A DNA stretch of 63,839 nucleotides, filler included, from Basidioascus undulatus (Eukaryota): the NCBI GenBank assembly GCA_000826855.1. It is 10 parts of 10 records of this genome, joined end to end, with 100 filler letters (N's around TTAATTAATTAA, not from the genome) between each part and the next. Parts side by side here need not be neighbours in the genome. Positions count along the whole stretch, not along the records: positions 21,493 to 25,673 come from JTLS01002216.1; positions 25,774 to 29,954 come from JTLS01002217.1; positions 30,055 to 34,234 come from JTLS01002218.1; positions 34,335 to 38,512 come from JTLS01002219.1; 6 more parts are not named here. One strand, 5' to 3'. Shown piece after piece: positions 25,041 through 36,067 of this stretch. The notes under the pieces are model-generated. The model saw nothing but the letters and a program-made list of their open reading frames with translations. It was not told where the DNA came from and made no database searches. Numbering within the stretch: the first letter of the stretch is position 1; each line of letters opens with the position of its first letter. The translations under genes were made by a program, and so were the position numbers.

Positions 25041-25673
25041 TCGCTTCGGCTATACCCCACATCATGTACTTTTATTGTTTGAACACGACAAGAACATAAC
25101 AGTTTGCACGACGTCGCTTGTTGAGCAGTTGCGATGACTGGATGTTCGATCGTTCGTCGAGGTCAGCGGGAGAGGACGGCGTGCAGCCCGGTGCAACTCG
25201 CTCTCCCCGAAGCGGTCTTGAATGCACCATTGTCTTGCTATGGGGTTGTGAACGTGGGTGTCATATGTTACATGGTGAATAAGCGGAGCATACACCCACA
25301 TTGTCGTGAGGTATTTTAAAGATTTGAAAAGCAGTGACATGATCTTTGCCTCTGTGTCTTCTGACCGGACCTCCTTTCTCTGGCATGGGCGCAGCCGCTT
25401 CCAGCGGGGTTTATCGGCAGACAGTCCCACCCACCTGTTAAAATGGAGTACACGGAAGACGTCCAAGCATTCTTTCCCGAAAGCTGCACGGCTCTCATTG
25501 ATGTAAGCTTCTCCCCTGCACTTTTGCCTCATTCAATGCCGCGCTCTCCGTCCTGCAACCGAGCGCCGTCGACGCGCTGCGCATGCTCCTGCTATAAGTA
25601 CTGCTGGAACGGTAATGAGCGCATTCACCCAGACTTCCGCGCTTGAACGTCGGGACAATATCGAAGGTCTCCC

Positions 25674-25773
25674 NNNNNNNNNNNNNNNNNNNNNNNNNNN
25701 NNNNNNNNNNNNNNNNNTTAATTAATTAANNNNNNNNNNNNNNNNNNNNNNNNNNNNNNNNNNNNNNNNNNNN
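25674..25773. other. Artificial contig linker
   Basis: N44-TTAATTAATTAA-N44. Confidence 0.99.
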
Positions 25774-26395
25774 CGTCCGCGCTCAGCCCATCCCAATCAT
25801 CCTCGACCCCACCCTCCGCACGCCCACCTCCGCCAAGCTGCTCCAGAACGCGCGGGCAGGAACAGGACGCACGCCGCTCCTTGTCTCCTCCGCCGCAGCA
25901 GACCCCGCGCGCCGCAAGACGCTGGAGGAGGCCGGGGCGGAGGTGCTGGAGGCGGAAACGGATAGGCGGGGTGCGTTTGTGTCCTTCTGCGTGGGGAGAG
26001 AGGATGGGCGCTGATGGTTCGCGGGAGGGAACAGGACGGATCAAGCTCCCGGAGCTGTTTGAGCGCCTCGCCGCCCCACCTTGGGGCCTGACGCGGATAA
26101 TGGTCGAAGGCGGGTCAACCGTGATCCGCGCGCTCCTGACACACGAGCCACCGCTGGTCGACCTGCTTATTGTGACGATCGCACCGACGCTCGTGGGCGC
26201 GGAGGGTGTGCCGGTTGCCAAGGTGCGTTTTCGAGGCGGGCGGGCTGAGGTCGAGCGCAAGTTGATACTGTGTCATGGGAGAAGGAGGAGGATGGGGAGG
26301 GAGAAGGGGCAGCGAGGACGCCGCTGTTGGAGCATGTCAAGACGCAGATTTTCGGACAGGATGCGGTTATAGCATGCAGGATCGTCAAGCCTTGA
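25774..26395 (+). CDS. RIB7: 2,5-diamino-6-ribosylamino-4(3H)-pyrimidinone 5'-phosphate reductase (RibD C-terminal domain), 3' part
   Basis: 'QPIPIILDPTLRTP', 'IMVEGGSTVIRALL..LVDLLIVTIAPTLVG', 'FGQDAVIAC'. Two introns; TGA 26393-26395. Confidence 0.85.
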
Positions 26396-27734
26396 TGTAC
26401 CGTCCTCTCTCCAACGCGCATACATCTTCACCACACCACCCTCTCCGCCTTTCCCCTTTCTCACTCTTTTCCTCTACGACGTCTCGCTCCATTTCTTCAG
26501 CGCGATGACGACCCCGTACCCCTGCCCGACGCACGCCTGCGGGCACCGCGTCCTGCGGTCTGGCTAGCGGCACAGAGGGAGGGAAGAGCCCTCGGCAGGT
26601 TCTTCCTTCTCTGGCTGACGCTATGCTGGACCCGGACGTGGGCGGATGAAGGTGTTTTGTTTGCAATCCGAGCGCTTTAGGAGGGGGATGCGATTCTTCG
26701 TGTTAGAGGAGGGGAGATGCATTGCTTGGGCGGGATGTTGCTGCCTCATCCCATTGAAGCGCTGCTCGACACAACGCGACAAGGATGAATTCCACACACT
26801 TGCTTCGCAAGCAAACTTGAGCAAGCCGCACGGTACTATTCAAGTGCCGTCGTCCTTGTCCTCCACAGCGTTTCACGCTACGCAACGTACGGCGCTCGGA
26901 CCGTCGCTTTACTCGAGTTGGCCGCCACACCGTTTCGGCTTCCAGACTCTCAGGGCCAGGGCGGCAGGGCGGGGAAAGCGCAAAGTTCGTCCTCCATCAT
27001 TATGCGTCTCCCCTTTCGAACTGTGAACACAACACCAACACCGACCACGACGCCACTTCCAACGGCAAGAAGCCAACCGACAACGACAACGGACAGAGCG
27101 GACTGACTCGCTGCGTCGAGCGGCCTCACGTGCAACCAAACCAAACCACACGCCTTGAGCCTCGAGCTGATCGCTTGCCTAAGCTCTCTGCCTCACCACC
27201 CCACTCATCCACACTCTCGCTCTCGCCCCCCGATCGTCTATCGCGGTTTGGCTGAGGCATACATCCTGCGGCGTTGAAGGGACACAGTGCTGTTGTTCAT
27301 GGGTGGTGATTGCTAGGTGAGTGCGACGCCCGCCGCGTTTGGGATGGCCGGCGAGCGATGTCTTCTGCTCTGCCGCTGGGCTGAGGTACAGGTCTCCGCA
27401 TGGCGATTCTGATGCTGATGATGGTGAGGGCTGGGCAGCCCTGTATCTTGTACCCTCTGGAGGCTCCTCCCCCGCTCCGTTTCAGCCCTCGGTTCCTCCT
27501 CTTGCACGCCTGGGACGGGCGGACGAAAGGTGAGCTTTGGGAGACATGGTCTTCGGGAAGGGAAATACAGTTTATGGAGGGAGTGCTGGAGAATTGGGAT
27601 GGGAAATAGCTGGCCTGGTCGGATCTGCTGCGATTGAGGCAGGGTGTAGCCGATCGAATTGCTCCTTCCCCCTGCGACCTCGCACGTCCCTATGCTCCTG
27701 AATGCTCACCTTATCCTTTTTTTCAGGGCACATC

Positions 27735-29954
27735 ATGGCAGCCCCACTGCTCTCCCCTACGCCCTCGTCATCCTCACACTCGCACTCCCACACGCGTTCA
27801 CGCTCCCCACATCGGACATCGCCCGCCGCTCAGCCGCCCAAGCTCCAGCCGCGCCGGCCAGCGTACTTCGAGCAGTACCCCGAGCGCTCGCCCGTGCTCT
27901 CCTCCCGACCCTCGACCTCTTCCGGTCCCCTTCTCGCTGAAGTCCGGCGGCGGACCTTCTCCGAGCGACAGCAGCTTCAACGCCCGCGCACGGCGTCCGG
28001 CTCCGGCTCGCCCCCTCCCTCGCCCTCCTTCGCGTCTTTCATCCCCCCCGCCCTCTCCCTCGCTCCGCCCCCGCCGAACCCAAATCCCCGGGACAGCATC
28101 ATCGTCTCGCGGCACTCCCCGCGCCTCTCCGTCCTCGCCGACCCGCCCCCCACGCCCCCATGGTCGCCGGTCACCGGCGAGGGCGCGGGGCCGGAGCCCG
28201 ACCCGTCCAAGACCGAGCCGACCAGCACGCTCGACATGGACGCGCTCGTGGCGGACGTGAACGGGGACCAGCAGACGCGCCTCAAGCGCAAGAGCCAGCG
28301 CGACATCCGCGCACGCGCAGCCGCCGCGAACGGGCAGGTGTACCCCCCGCCGCTCCCCACCGGTCCGCCCGCCGCCCGCGCTGCCCGCCGACGCTCGTCC
28401 GCTTCCCGCCCATCTACCTCTACAATCTCCACCACCGCCTCCGCCGCCCTTCCACGCACACCGCCCCTCCACCCCGTCAACCCCAGCAGCCCACAACGCG
28501 GCGTCTCGTCACCGCCGAAGATGCAGATCCCCTCCATCGACGACATCGTGCGCAAGCACGGCCCTGCGCTGAAAGTCGCGCCTTCGGTGCTAGCGAACCA
28601 CCAGCAGCGCTCGCCGGCGATGCTCATCCCCTCCATAGACGACATCGTGCGCACGCACAAGCCCGCGCTTGGGCCGCAGCGGCCGGCGGGGCGGGACGAG
28701 TTGGAGGAGGAAAGGGAGGATGAGGGGCCTGTGTGGCGGGCGTCTATCGACTCGGTCGAGGAGGAGATCCGGCAGACGCTGCGGTTGGGGTTGGCTCTCG
28801 AGGACAAGACGGAGCTGGACGATAGAGAGAGCGGGTCCCTGCGCACCAGTCGACCCGGCTCGTCCTCCGACCGCCGCTTGGCATTCATGTCCGTCCCGGG
28901 CACGCACACGTCCGCCTCCTCTCCAACCACCGTCTCGTCCTCCACGCTCAACCCTCCCCAGGCCGCAACGCTCTCTCCCACACTGTCCTCCTCGCCCACC
29001 CCTCCACCCGCAGCCCCGAGCACCGCCCTCGCCGTCGCGCAATACCTGCGTTCCCCCCGGCTCACGCGGCTGCTCAAGCTCTCGCGCCCGCCCAACGCGC
29101 ACCTGACCGTCTCCTTCGCGGACGTGGGCTCGCCGACGGGCGACCCCGTCCTCGTCTTCCTCGGGCTCGGCTGCGTCCGGTACCTCGTCGCGCTGTACGA
29201 CGAGATGGCCGAGGCGCTCGGGCTGCGGCTGATCTGCATCGACCGGTGGGGGCTCGGGCGGACGGACGACGTCCCCGCCGCGCAGCGCGGGCTGCTCGAG
29301 TGGGCGGGCGTGGTGGAGGAGGTGCTCGACCAGCTCGACATCGACAAGGTCTCCATACTAGCGCATTCCGCCGGGGCGCCCTACGCGCTCGCCACGGCGC
29401 TCCGCATCCCCGAACGCGTGCACGGCTCGATACGGCTCCTCGCGCCGTGGGTCCCTACCGCGGGAGTGGACGGCGCGGGGTGGAAATGGCTCAAGCACGT
29501 CCCTGCGGGCGTGATCAAGGCTGCGCAGGCCGCCGAGTGGCGCATGCAGGGCTGGGCGCTCGGGAAGCCCCCGGAGCTCAAGTACGAGGGAATCGGGTAC
29601 GACCCCAAGGCGCCTGTCTCCAGCCCAGAGCGCGAGTGCCCCGCCGTCGGGCTCGGGCTCGCCGCTGTGTCTAATGCAGCAGCGGAGGAGAACGACGACG
29701 ACGCGGCGTCGTACGACGACCTCGCCGACTTCGGGGGGCGCTACTCTTCCTCCTCCCTCACGCGCCCGGTCGAACTCTCCCCTCCTCCCGCTCCTCCTCC
29801 TCCAGCACCACCTGCCCCCGCCCCCGCAGCGATGAAGAAGAAGCAGTCCAAGTCTTTCCTGGGCGGGCTCTTCCGCTCTCCCAAATCCTCCACCGCCTCA
29901 TCCTCAAGCTCCTCGACTCCCTCCCCCTCGCCGCCTCCCCCACCGCCTCCCGTC
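27735..29954 (+). CDS. Alpha/beta-hydrolase-fold protein with long Pro/Ser-rich N-terminus, 3'-truncated
   Basis: 'VSFADVGSPTGDPVLVFLGLGCVRY', 'LICIDRWGLGRT', nucleophile elbow 'AHSAG', 'LLAPW'. Long open frame to the contig end; upstream exons possible. Confidence 0.85.
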
Positions 29955-30054
29955 NNNNNNNNNNNNNNNNNNNNNNNNNNNNNNNNNNNNNNNNNNNNTT
30001 AATTAATTAANNNNNNNNNNNNNNNNNNNNNNNNNNNNNNNNNNNNNNNNNNNN
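29955..30054. other. Artificial contig linker
   Basis: N44-TTAATTAATTAA-N44. Confidence 0.99.
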
Positions 30055-30510
30055 ACTCGTCTCGTAATCAACCATTGCCCTCACAAGCCCCGGGTAGCCC
30101 CCGTTGCGGTCTGTTTCACTCTGCCGGATCTTGACACTGATGCTCTGTCACCTCTATTGAGTTTATTAGGAAAGACTGTATCCATCAGCCTGATGCTCTG
30201 CCACTTCACAATTCCATTTTCATTGATGCATTTTCCCTGTCTCTTGCTGATCTCCATGGCGGGGGAAGGATGTCAATGTGCAGAGGATGTGACATTGAGC
30301 AGCAGTGTTGGAGGATCTCCGAATCACCACGTTAATAGTACAGCTGGCTGTTGCAAAGGCCAGAATCCCTTCCTGATATCAAACAACACTGTATGATATT
30401 TTGGATGCACATTGGCAGCATTTGCATGCAAAATGAGTGTGAGACATGAAGTTGTTGGCGAGAATCCTCACGTACCACGGCCTCAAAGAACGAGGTTAGG
30501 GTTACTGAGG

Positions 30511-30520
30511 GATATAAAAT
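30511..30520 (+). promoter_or_regulatory. TATA box for the 30684 gene
   Basis: GATATAAAAT about 170 nt upstream of the ATG, with a 5'UTR intron (GTAAGA at about 30605 to CAG 30675) in between. Confidence 0.5.
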
Positions 30521-30683
30521 ACGTCCGATCTCGCGCGGGCGCCAAATTCCCCTTGCCTTTCAACCACCACCATCTCGCCGGACTACATTGAACTGTTTGC
30601 TATAGTAAGACTAGTGATTGTGTGATCTGAACAATTGAAAGACCTGTTTCTGAATTGCGTAAAGCATTGCCGCAGTGATTAAC

Positions 30684-31973
30684 ATGGTCACGTTGTACCA
30701 CCCGTCCGTTGGCGTTCAGCGCAGTGGAACGCCCGCCGTCGTCGTGCGCAATCCCGCTGAGGCCGTTGCCACCCGCCCCGCCGCCGTTGTACCTCGCTCG
30801 CCGTCTCGTCTCCTCCCCACCCCGGCTTCGTCTCCCAGTGACCAAGTCACTGCATTGCTCGCCTTCCTGAAGCCCGTTCCTCCGCCTTTTGTAGCTCCTG
30901 GCTTCCCGCTTTACAAGTTGCATGAGTACGGCGGGAAGAAAGGCCTCGAGCGAGCAGCAAACGTGCACCACATGTACCTGAGCTTGAAGCCCATGCTGCA
31001 GCGGGAGGACGCCGAGTTCCGGAAGTTCATGGAGGCGGACGTCGAGCACAAGCGCAAGCGCGCCGCAGAGGAAGAGAGGGAGGCGGCGGTTATGCGGAAG
31101 AGGTTAAGGACGGGCGGTGTCGCGCCGCCGCCTTCGCACCGTCCCCAGGCATATACCCACGCCCACCCAACGCCTGCGGGCGCGAAGGCTATCATCCCCA
31201 ACGAGCGTTACGGCACCGTAAACAGCTTGCTCCCCACACCCCCCAGCAGTACGCGTGCCCGCACCCCTCGCACTCCTCCGCGCCATGCCTGCTCCGCCTC
31301 CCCCGCACCCACCAACGACCCGTTCGAGCTCGCGCGCGCCGCTCAGCGCAAGGAGCAGCTCCGCTTCGACCGACATGCGCGCGAGGTCGCCCAGCTGGGA
31401 AAGACGGCCAACGCCGCGCTCGCTGCTCTCGCCGGCGCTGTGGCGGCGCCGCGTGCCGTCCGTCATCTCCCTACTCGCGCAACCGCAACCCAGAAAGTGA
31501 GTAACGACGGAGTCTTTGCACATCTCTTTGATTGGAAAGCTAACAGAGTTTCTTCTTTGCAGGCTGCCCCGGCCCCAACCCACCCTACGGCGGCAGCTTT
31601 CACCCGCGTCCGCCTCGCGCCCTCCCCCGCGCCCGACTTCCAGCACAGCCTCCAGGTCGACGCGAGCGCGCGCTCCTCGTTGATGGACAAGGCGCTGTAC
31701 GAGAAGCGCCTCGCGCCGCACGTCCGCCTCCAGTCGGGCGGGACCGTCCAAGTCGCCGTCCGCTTCGTCGGCGTTGAGGGCGATGTCATCCGCCGGGTTA
31801 AGTTCGTCGTCGTCAGCAACTTGGCGCGCGGCGGGAGCACGCCCTCGCTCGTACTCGGGCGGGACGCGCTCGCGGCGCTCGGCGCGACGATGTACCCTTG
31901 CGAGGACGCCAGGCAAGTCGCCCTGGCGCTGCGCGGCGACGAGCACGTTCGGATCATCCTGCACCGCCGTTGA
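30684..31973 (+). CDS. Protein with a C-terminal retropepsin-like (aspartyl protease fold) domain, divergent active site
   Basis: 'LQVDASARSSLMD...VKFVVV...LVLGRDALAALG' follows the hhD[TS]GA...hhLGRDhL retropepsin pattern. Basic NLS-like 'KRKRAAEEEREAAVMRKRLR'. Probable 66-nt intron 31497-31562. Confidence 0.6.
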   Translation: MVTLYHPSVGVQRSGTPAVVVRNPAEAVATRPAAVVPRSPSRLLPTPASSPSDQVTALLAFLKPVPPPFVAPGFPLYKLHEYGGKKGLERAANVHHMYLSLKPMLQREDAEFRKFMEADVEHKRKRAAEEEREAAVMRKRLRTGGVAPPPSHRPQAYTHAHPTPAGAKAIIPNERYGTVNSLLPTPPSSTRARTPRTPPRHACSASPAPTNDPFELARAAQRKEQLRFDRHAREVAQLGKTANAALAALAGAVAAPRAVRHLPTRATATQKVSNDGVFAHLFDWKANRVSSLQAAPAPTHPTAAAFTRVRLAPSPAPDFQHSLQVDASARSSLMDKALYEKRLAPHVRLQSGGTVQVAVRFVGVEGDVIRRVKFVVVSNLARGGSTPSLVLGRDALAALGATMYPCEDARQVALALRGDEHVRIILHRR

Positions 31974-32269
31974 GCAACGACTGGATCGTGTTTCTTATTC
32001 TTGGGATCGCAAGGACATTGCAGGACACTTTTACTTTCGTGCTTGATTCCCTGTTGTTGTTTGTATTTTACCCCTTTCCTCAACCAAATGCCACACCTGG
32101 TCGTGATTGAGTCTCGCCGCTGTCTGCTACGGTCTACACTGATAAACACAGTCTGCGGTTGATCGAATGTACAAAGGCCCTGATTGCATGAACGAACATT
32201 GTACGACAAAACTTATCAACCCGTGTGCCTGCCTGCCTGCCTGCCTGGGTGTCCCGAAACAATCTACGT

Positions 32270-34083
32270 GCTTTCAGAACAGAAAGACCACAGTGTCGAC
32301 TGCACATGCTGAAAGATGATGACTTTGACAACTATTACCACGAGAGCATATCTCATAACGAGGTGAGCTCGCAAGGGACTGAGAGCGATGACGGCGCCCC
32401 TGACTTCCTTGTGAAGCTGAGCGTCAGAACGAAAGCCGCAACCAGAATTTTCTTCTGCACATGCTGCGACGCATGCGTAGACAGCCTCGGCAGAGTAAGC
32501 CGTAAGTCTTGAGCTTGACAACAGATAGTCCGTAAGTCCGATGTCAGGCAATAGCGGCATCGCACGCGCTGCAATGATCCAGTACAACGGGCACTGAACA
32601 GCCGAAACGAAACCGACGACAGCGCCCGGAGTCCAGCAAGGTGTGCTGCGAAACTTGTCACAAAGCGAACGATGCGGGTGACACAGCCGTCACCAAGTGA
32701 GCCAACGATACATCCCCGAAGGGGAAGTGGAGATGTGCCTGTCGCCGCAGAAACGTAGCCGGCGTCGCACTGGCCATTGAGAACACCTCGAGAACACTGA
32801 CTTGTATGAATGAGGTAATAAGACACAAGATTCGGCAGTGCTACTCGACGTGCAGGATCCCAACCAGCACAGTGAGCAAGCAGTGAGAATACATTGATAG
32901 GCAGCTGGACAGGACTGACGCCGTACGAGGGCGAACCAACGTACAGCAAGGAACGCCAAGCACCGACGGCGCTTCCCGACGTGTCCAACGGCAGCTGAAC
33001 GACGAGCGGTAAGCAACTTTTATTCTGAGAGTGCAACGTCGGACGACTCTGACTGAGTGGGCACCGAGATTGACGTAAGAACGTACGCAAGTTTTTTTTG
33101 CGGGCTACAGCACGCACTGATGGTACCGCGCACGCTGCCACGATCCAGTAGAAACCCACACTGAGCGGCGACGACGTGTCGGACGTCAGCACCCGGAGTC
33201 GGGCGAGCTGCGCTACGCGCGCGGCGTGAAGCGAAGAACGTCTGGACACGACGGTCGCTGACCTGGAGACAGACCGTTTTCACGTCAAATCTTCGCGCGG
33301 GGGCGCGACGCACAACGATGGAACCGTACGCCCTGTGATGATTCAATAGAGATAGATTGAGCAGCGAAGATGTTAGCTGGACGGAGTGGACGTCAGCACC
33401 CGGAAGGCCGAACATGCTGTGCTACGAAGCGCGGCATGAGGCCCAGACGCAGAATGATCGTGATCTCAAGACAGAACGTCCGCAAGTCCGGTGTTCACGC
33501 TACAGCGCAAGAACAACGGCGTTGCCAAACGCGCTGCGGTGATGAGCATAGCCGGCGCTGAGCAGTAGAGACGTGTGGGCCGAATGGTGGAGGGTACGTC
33601 GGTGCCATTAGTCGGGTAGGCTACTCTGCGAAGTGGAGCACGAAACGAAGCGCGTTCGTGAGTATGAGAGGCATCGAAGCGGTCGACGAAACACCTCAGG
33701 TCAGTCAGAATGAGGGCCGAGATGCGGTGAGTGGTGGGCGCCCGCGGTCAGCGCCACGAGCGAGATCGGAGATTCGATCGAATGACGAAGTCGAGGCTGT
33801 TCGACAGAACGCCGAAAAGGGGGAAGCACGAGTTTCGAAGCGAAGGATCGCCCGGTGTACCAGCGAGTACTGTGAAAGCTGTTCGCCCAAGGAACGCCAC
33901 ATAATCTACGGGCAAATCAAAGGTGCGCGTTAGCCTCCTCGTTCACCAAACGCACAACCACCATCCCCGCACGGCAACCAGCCCGCCGCCGCGCCAATTC
34001 AGCTCGGGCCTTGAGTCCGCAGCACCACGTTGAGTGGCCGGGTGCTGAGCAGCAGCACCCTGGTAGGACCTCTCGTCTCGCAT
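32270..34083 (-). pseudogene. Probable degenerate multi-exon membrane-protein gene (MFS-like?)
   Basis: Many minus-strand GCTGAC..YAG intron signatures with hydrophobic exon pieces ('VGFYWIVAACAVP', 'YWIIAARAMP', 'VAAFVLTLSF'). No continuous frame recovered; family uncertain. Confidence 0.3.
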
Positions 34084-34234
34084 GATTGTTACGAGCCCCC
34101 CCAGGGGAGGGGGAGTGTATCCTCAGCGGGTGTCATCCTTTGACGCGGGCGGCGGGATTCGTCGGTGCGGAGGAACGGGATTGGAATGAGGGAGGGGGGA
34201 AGTATCTGTTTGTGGGTCGAGAGCAAACAGACAT

Positions 34235-34334
34235 NNNNNNNNNNNNNNNNNNNNNNNNNNNNNNNNNNNNNNNNNNNNTTAATTAATTAANNNNNNNNNN
34301 NNNNNNNNNNNNNNNNNNNNNNNNNNNNNNNNNN
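34235..34334. other. Artificial contig linker
   Basis: N44-TTAATTAATTAA-N44. Confidence 0.99.
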
Positions 34335-34970
34335 TCTGCATTTTGATGCGGGAAGGGGGGGCGTAGGAGAGCGGAGGAAGGGGAGTGGAAGGAGGGGAAG
34401 AGGGGAGAAGGCCAAGAGGGGAGAAGGCGAGGAAGAGGAAAGACCTTGGGCGTATCCAACTGCTCCAGCGCCTCTTCCCCGCTAAGCACCCGCACCACCG
34501 CGCGCTCAGCCTTATCCACCCCCTCCTCGCACCTCCCACCGCCGCCCCACAACCACTTCCACTTTTCTGCTACCCCTCCTCCTCTCGAGGGGAAGTGCGT
34601 GCTCGAATCGGGAGGGGAGAGCGGGTCGAGCCCGCGCAGGAGCGAGAGGGGGGGAACGTAGTCGCGTAGGTCGGCGTGGAGCTTCCTGAGCTACCGTCCC
34701 AAGGTCGTCGGGGTCTCAGTCCGGGGGAGGAAACGGGATAGGGGAAGCGGGGAGGGGAGGGATGGATTGGAGGAGGGGACGCACCTCGTACAGCGCTCGA
34801 ATCTGTTCGGGGTCCGACTGGATCTCACCACGCGCTACCAGCGAGCGGTAGAGGGATAGGGGGTCGGTGGGGGCGAGAGCGGTGCTTGTGGATTGGGAGG
34901 AGGTTGAGAGAGCGCGGAGGAGGAAGGGGTTGGGTTTCGGGAGGGAGCGGAGGGAGATAGTGGGGGGCAT
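34335..34970 (-). CDS. AFG1: AFG1/LACE1-like mitochondrial ATPase, 5' part
   Basis: Mitochondrial presequence-like N-terminus, 'DPLSLYRSLVARGEIQSDPEQIRAL', 'LRKLHADLRDYVP', 'VRVLSGEEALEQLDTPK'. This is the segment preceding Walker A, which is lost at the contig end. Confidence 0.75.
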
Positions 34971-35399
34971 GCTGAATCTATTCCATCTCGCTCAGCTCGA
35001 GTCGACGTACGTGAGCTGAGCTGCTCGGACACTCACAGTCGCTGTCCTCCCCCTTATCACACACGTTCACCAACCGGCCCCAGTCCGTGTTCCGACAGTA
35101 TTGTAAGAGAATCTATGGAAACGAAGATGATCCGAATGAGGAGGAAGGAGGAAGACGAATGGCAGGAGTCAGGAGAGAAGACGCGACGGCGGCGTTAATC
35201 GCGTCGGGCTCATTACGTCGTTGGCGGGCGCGTCCGGATCGCTGGCGGTGATGGCGAAGTTGACTTTGAAGGATCGCTTCTCACTTTGTAAACCGACAGT
35301 ACGATTTGATTAGTTGGACTGTGTTGAAGCACTCTGGATTACTGTGTGGGATGGTCGATTCGTGAAACTCGTGTTACAGTGCAATGCACGCTGCAGCGC

Positions 35400-35700
35400 A
35401 CTGCGGAGGCTCACTGGCCCTCTTGGGCTCTTAGGGATGACGGTGAACTTCGCACGTCGACTAGCCGAGCATGACTATCGACAGGATGGACTGTTCCGTG
35501 ATGCAGTGGCTGAGCACGGCAAGGATAAGTTCAGTGTGACGCTGTACCCTGTGCCTGACCATCTAAGCAGCACATCGCACCTCTTGGTGCTCGAACAGTA
35601 TCGCGTGTTTGCTGAGCACTGTAAGCTCAACACGAAGATCGCTGTGAACGCGGGCTACAAGACCAGTCTCACCGAGATCCAGCGCATGGCGAGGAGAACG
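35400..35700 (+). mobile_element. GIY-YIG homing-endonuclease-like fragment (putative NUMT or intron-ORF remnant)
   Basis: 'GMTVNFARRLAEH....LFRDAVAEHGKDKFSVTL....LLVLEQY....LNTKIAVN' matches GIY-YIG motifs with Arg, Glu and Asn. The GIY/YIG motifs themselves are not recognisable. Codon use differs from neighbouring genes. Confidence 0.65.
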
Positions 35701-35791
35701 GCTCGCACGACTTCTTCCACCGCAAAACACCTCACCTCGAGATCGAAATCGCCAAAATTCACTCTTGAAAGCTCTCGCTCGCCTTGTCGCT

Positions 35792-35823
35792 CTTTCACTC
35801 TTTCACTCTTTCACTCTTTCACT
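35792..35823 (+). repeat. 8-bp tandem repeat (CTTTCACT)4
   Basis: Directly visible in the sequence. Confidence 0.85.
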
Positions 35824-36067
35824 TGTGCGAGCCACAACGTGAAAGAAAGGGAGACACAGGCATGGACGCAGCCGAGGGAATTCCCGCGCCTTTCGTGCCC
35901 GGTCCCCCTATCCACCGTTTCGGCTGTTGCCCTCCCTACTCCCTCCTTGCACTGGCCTCCGCAGCGACCCGCCAACCAACCTCCATCCATTCCTTGTCGT
36001 CCGACCACCACAGCCACCTCTCATCCACCGCAAACCCAACCCGAACCCACTCCCGCCCACCTCCTGC

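Noticed and set aside
33160..33405. Repeated CCGGGTGCTGACGTCC element on the minus strand
   Set aside because: Both copies coincide with GCTGAC intron branch sites; too short to call a repeat family.
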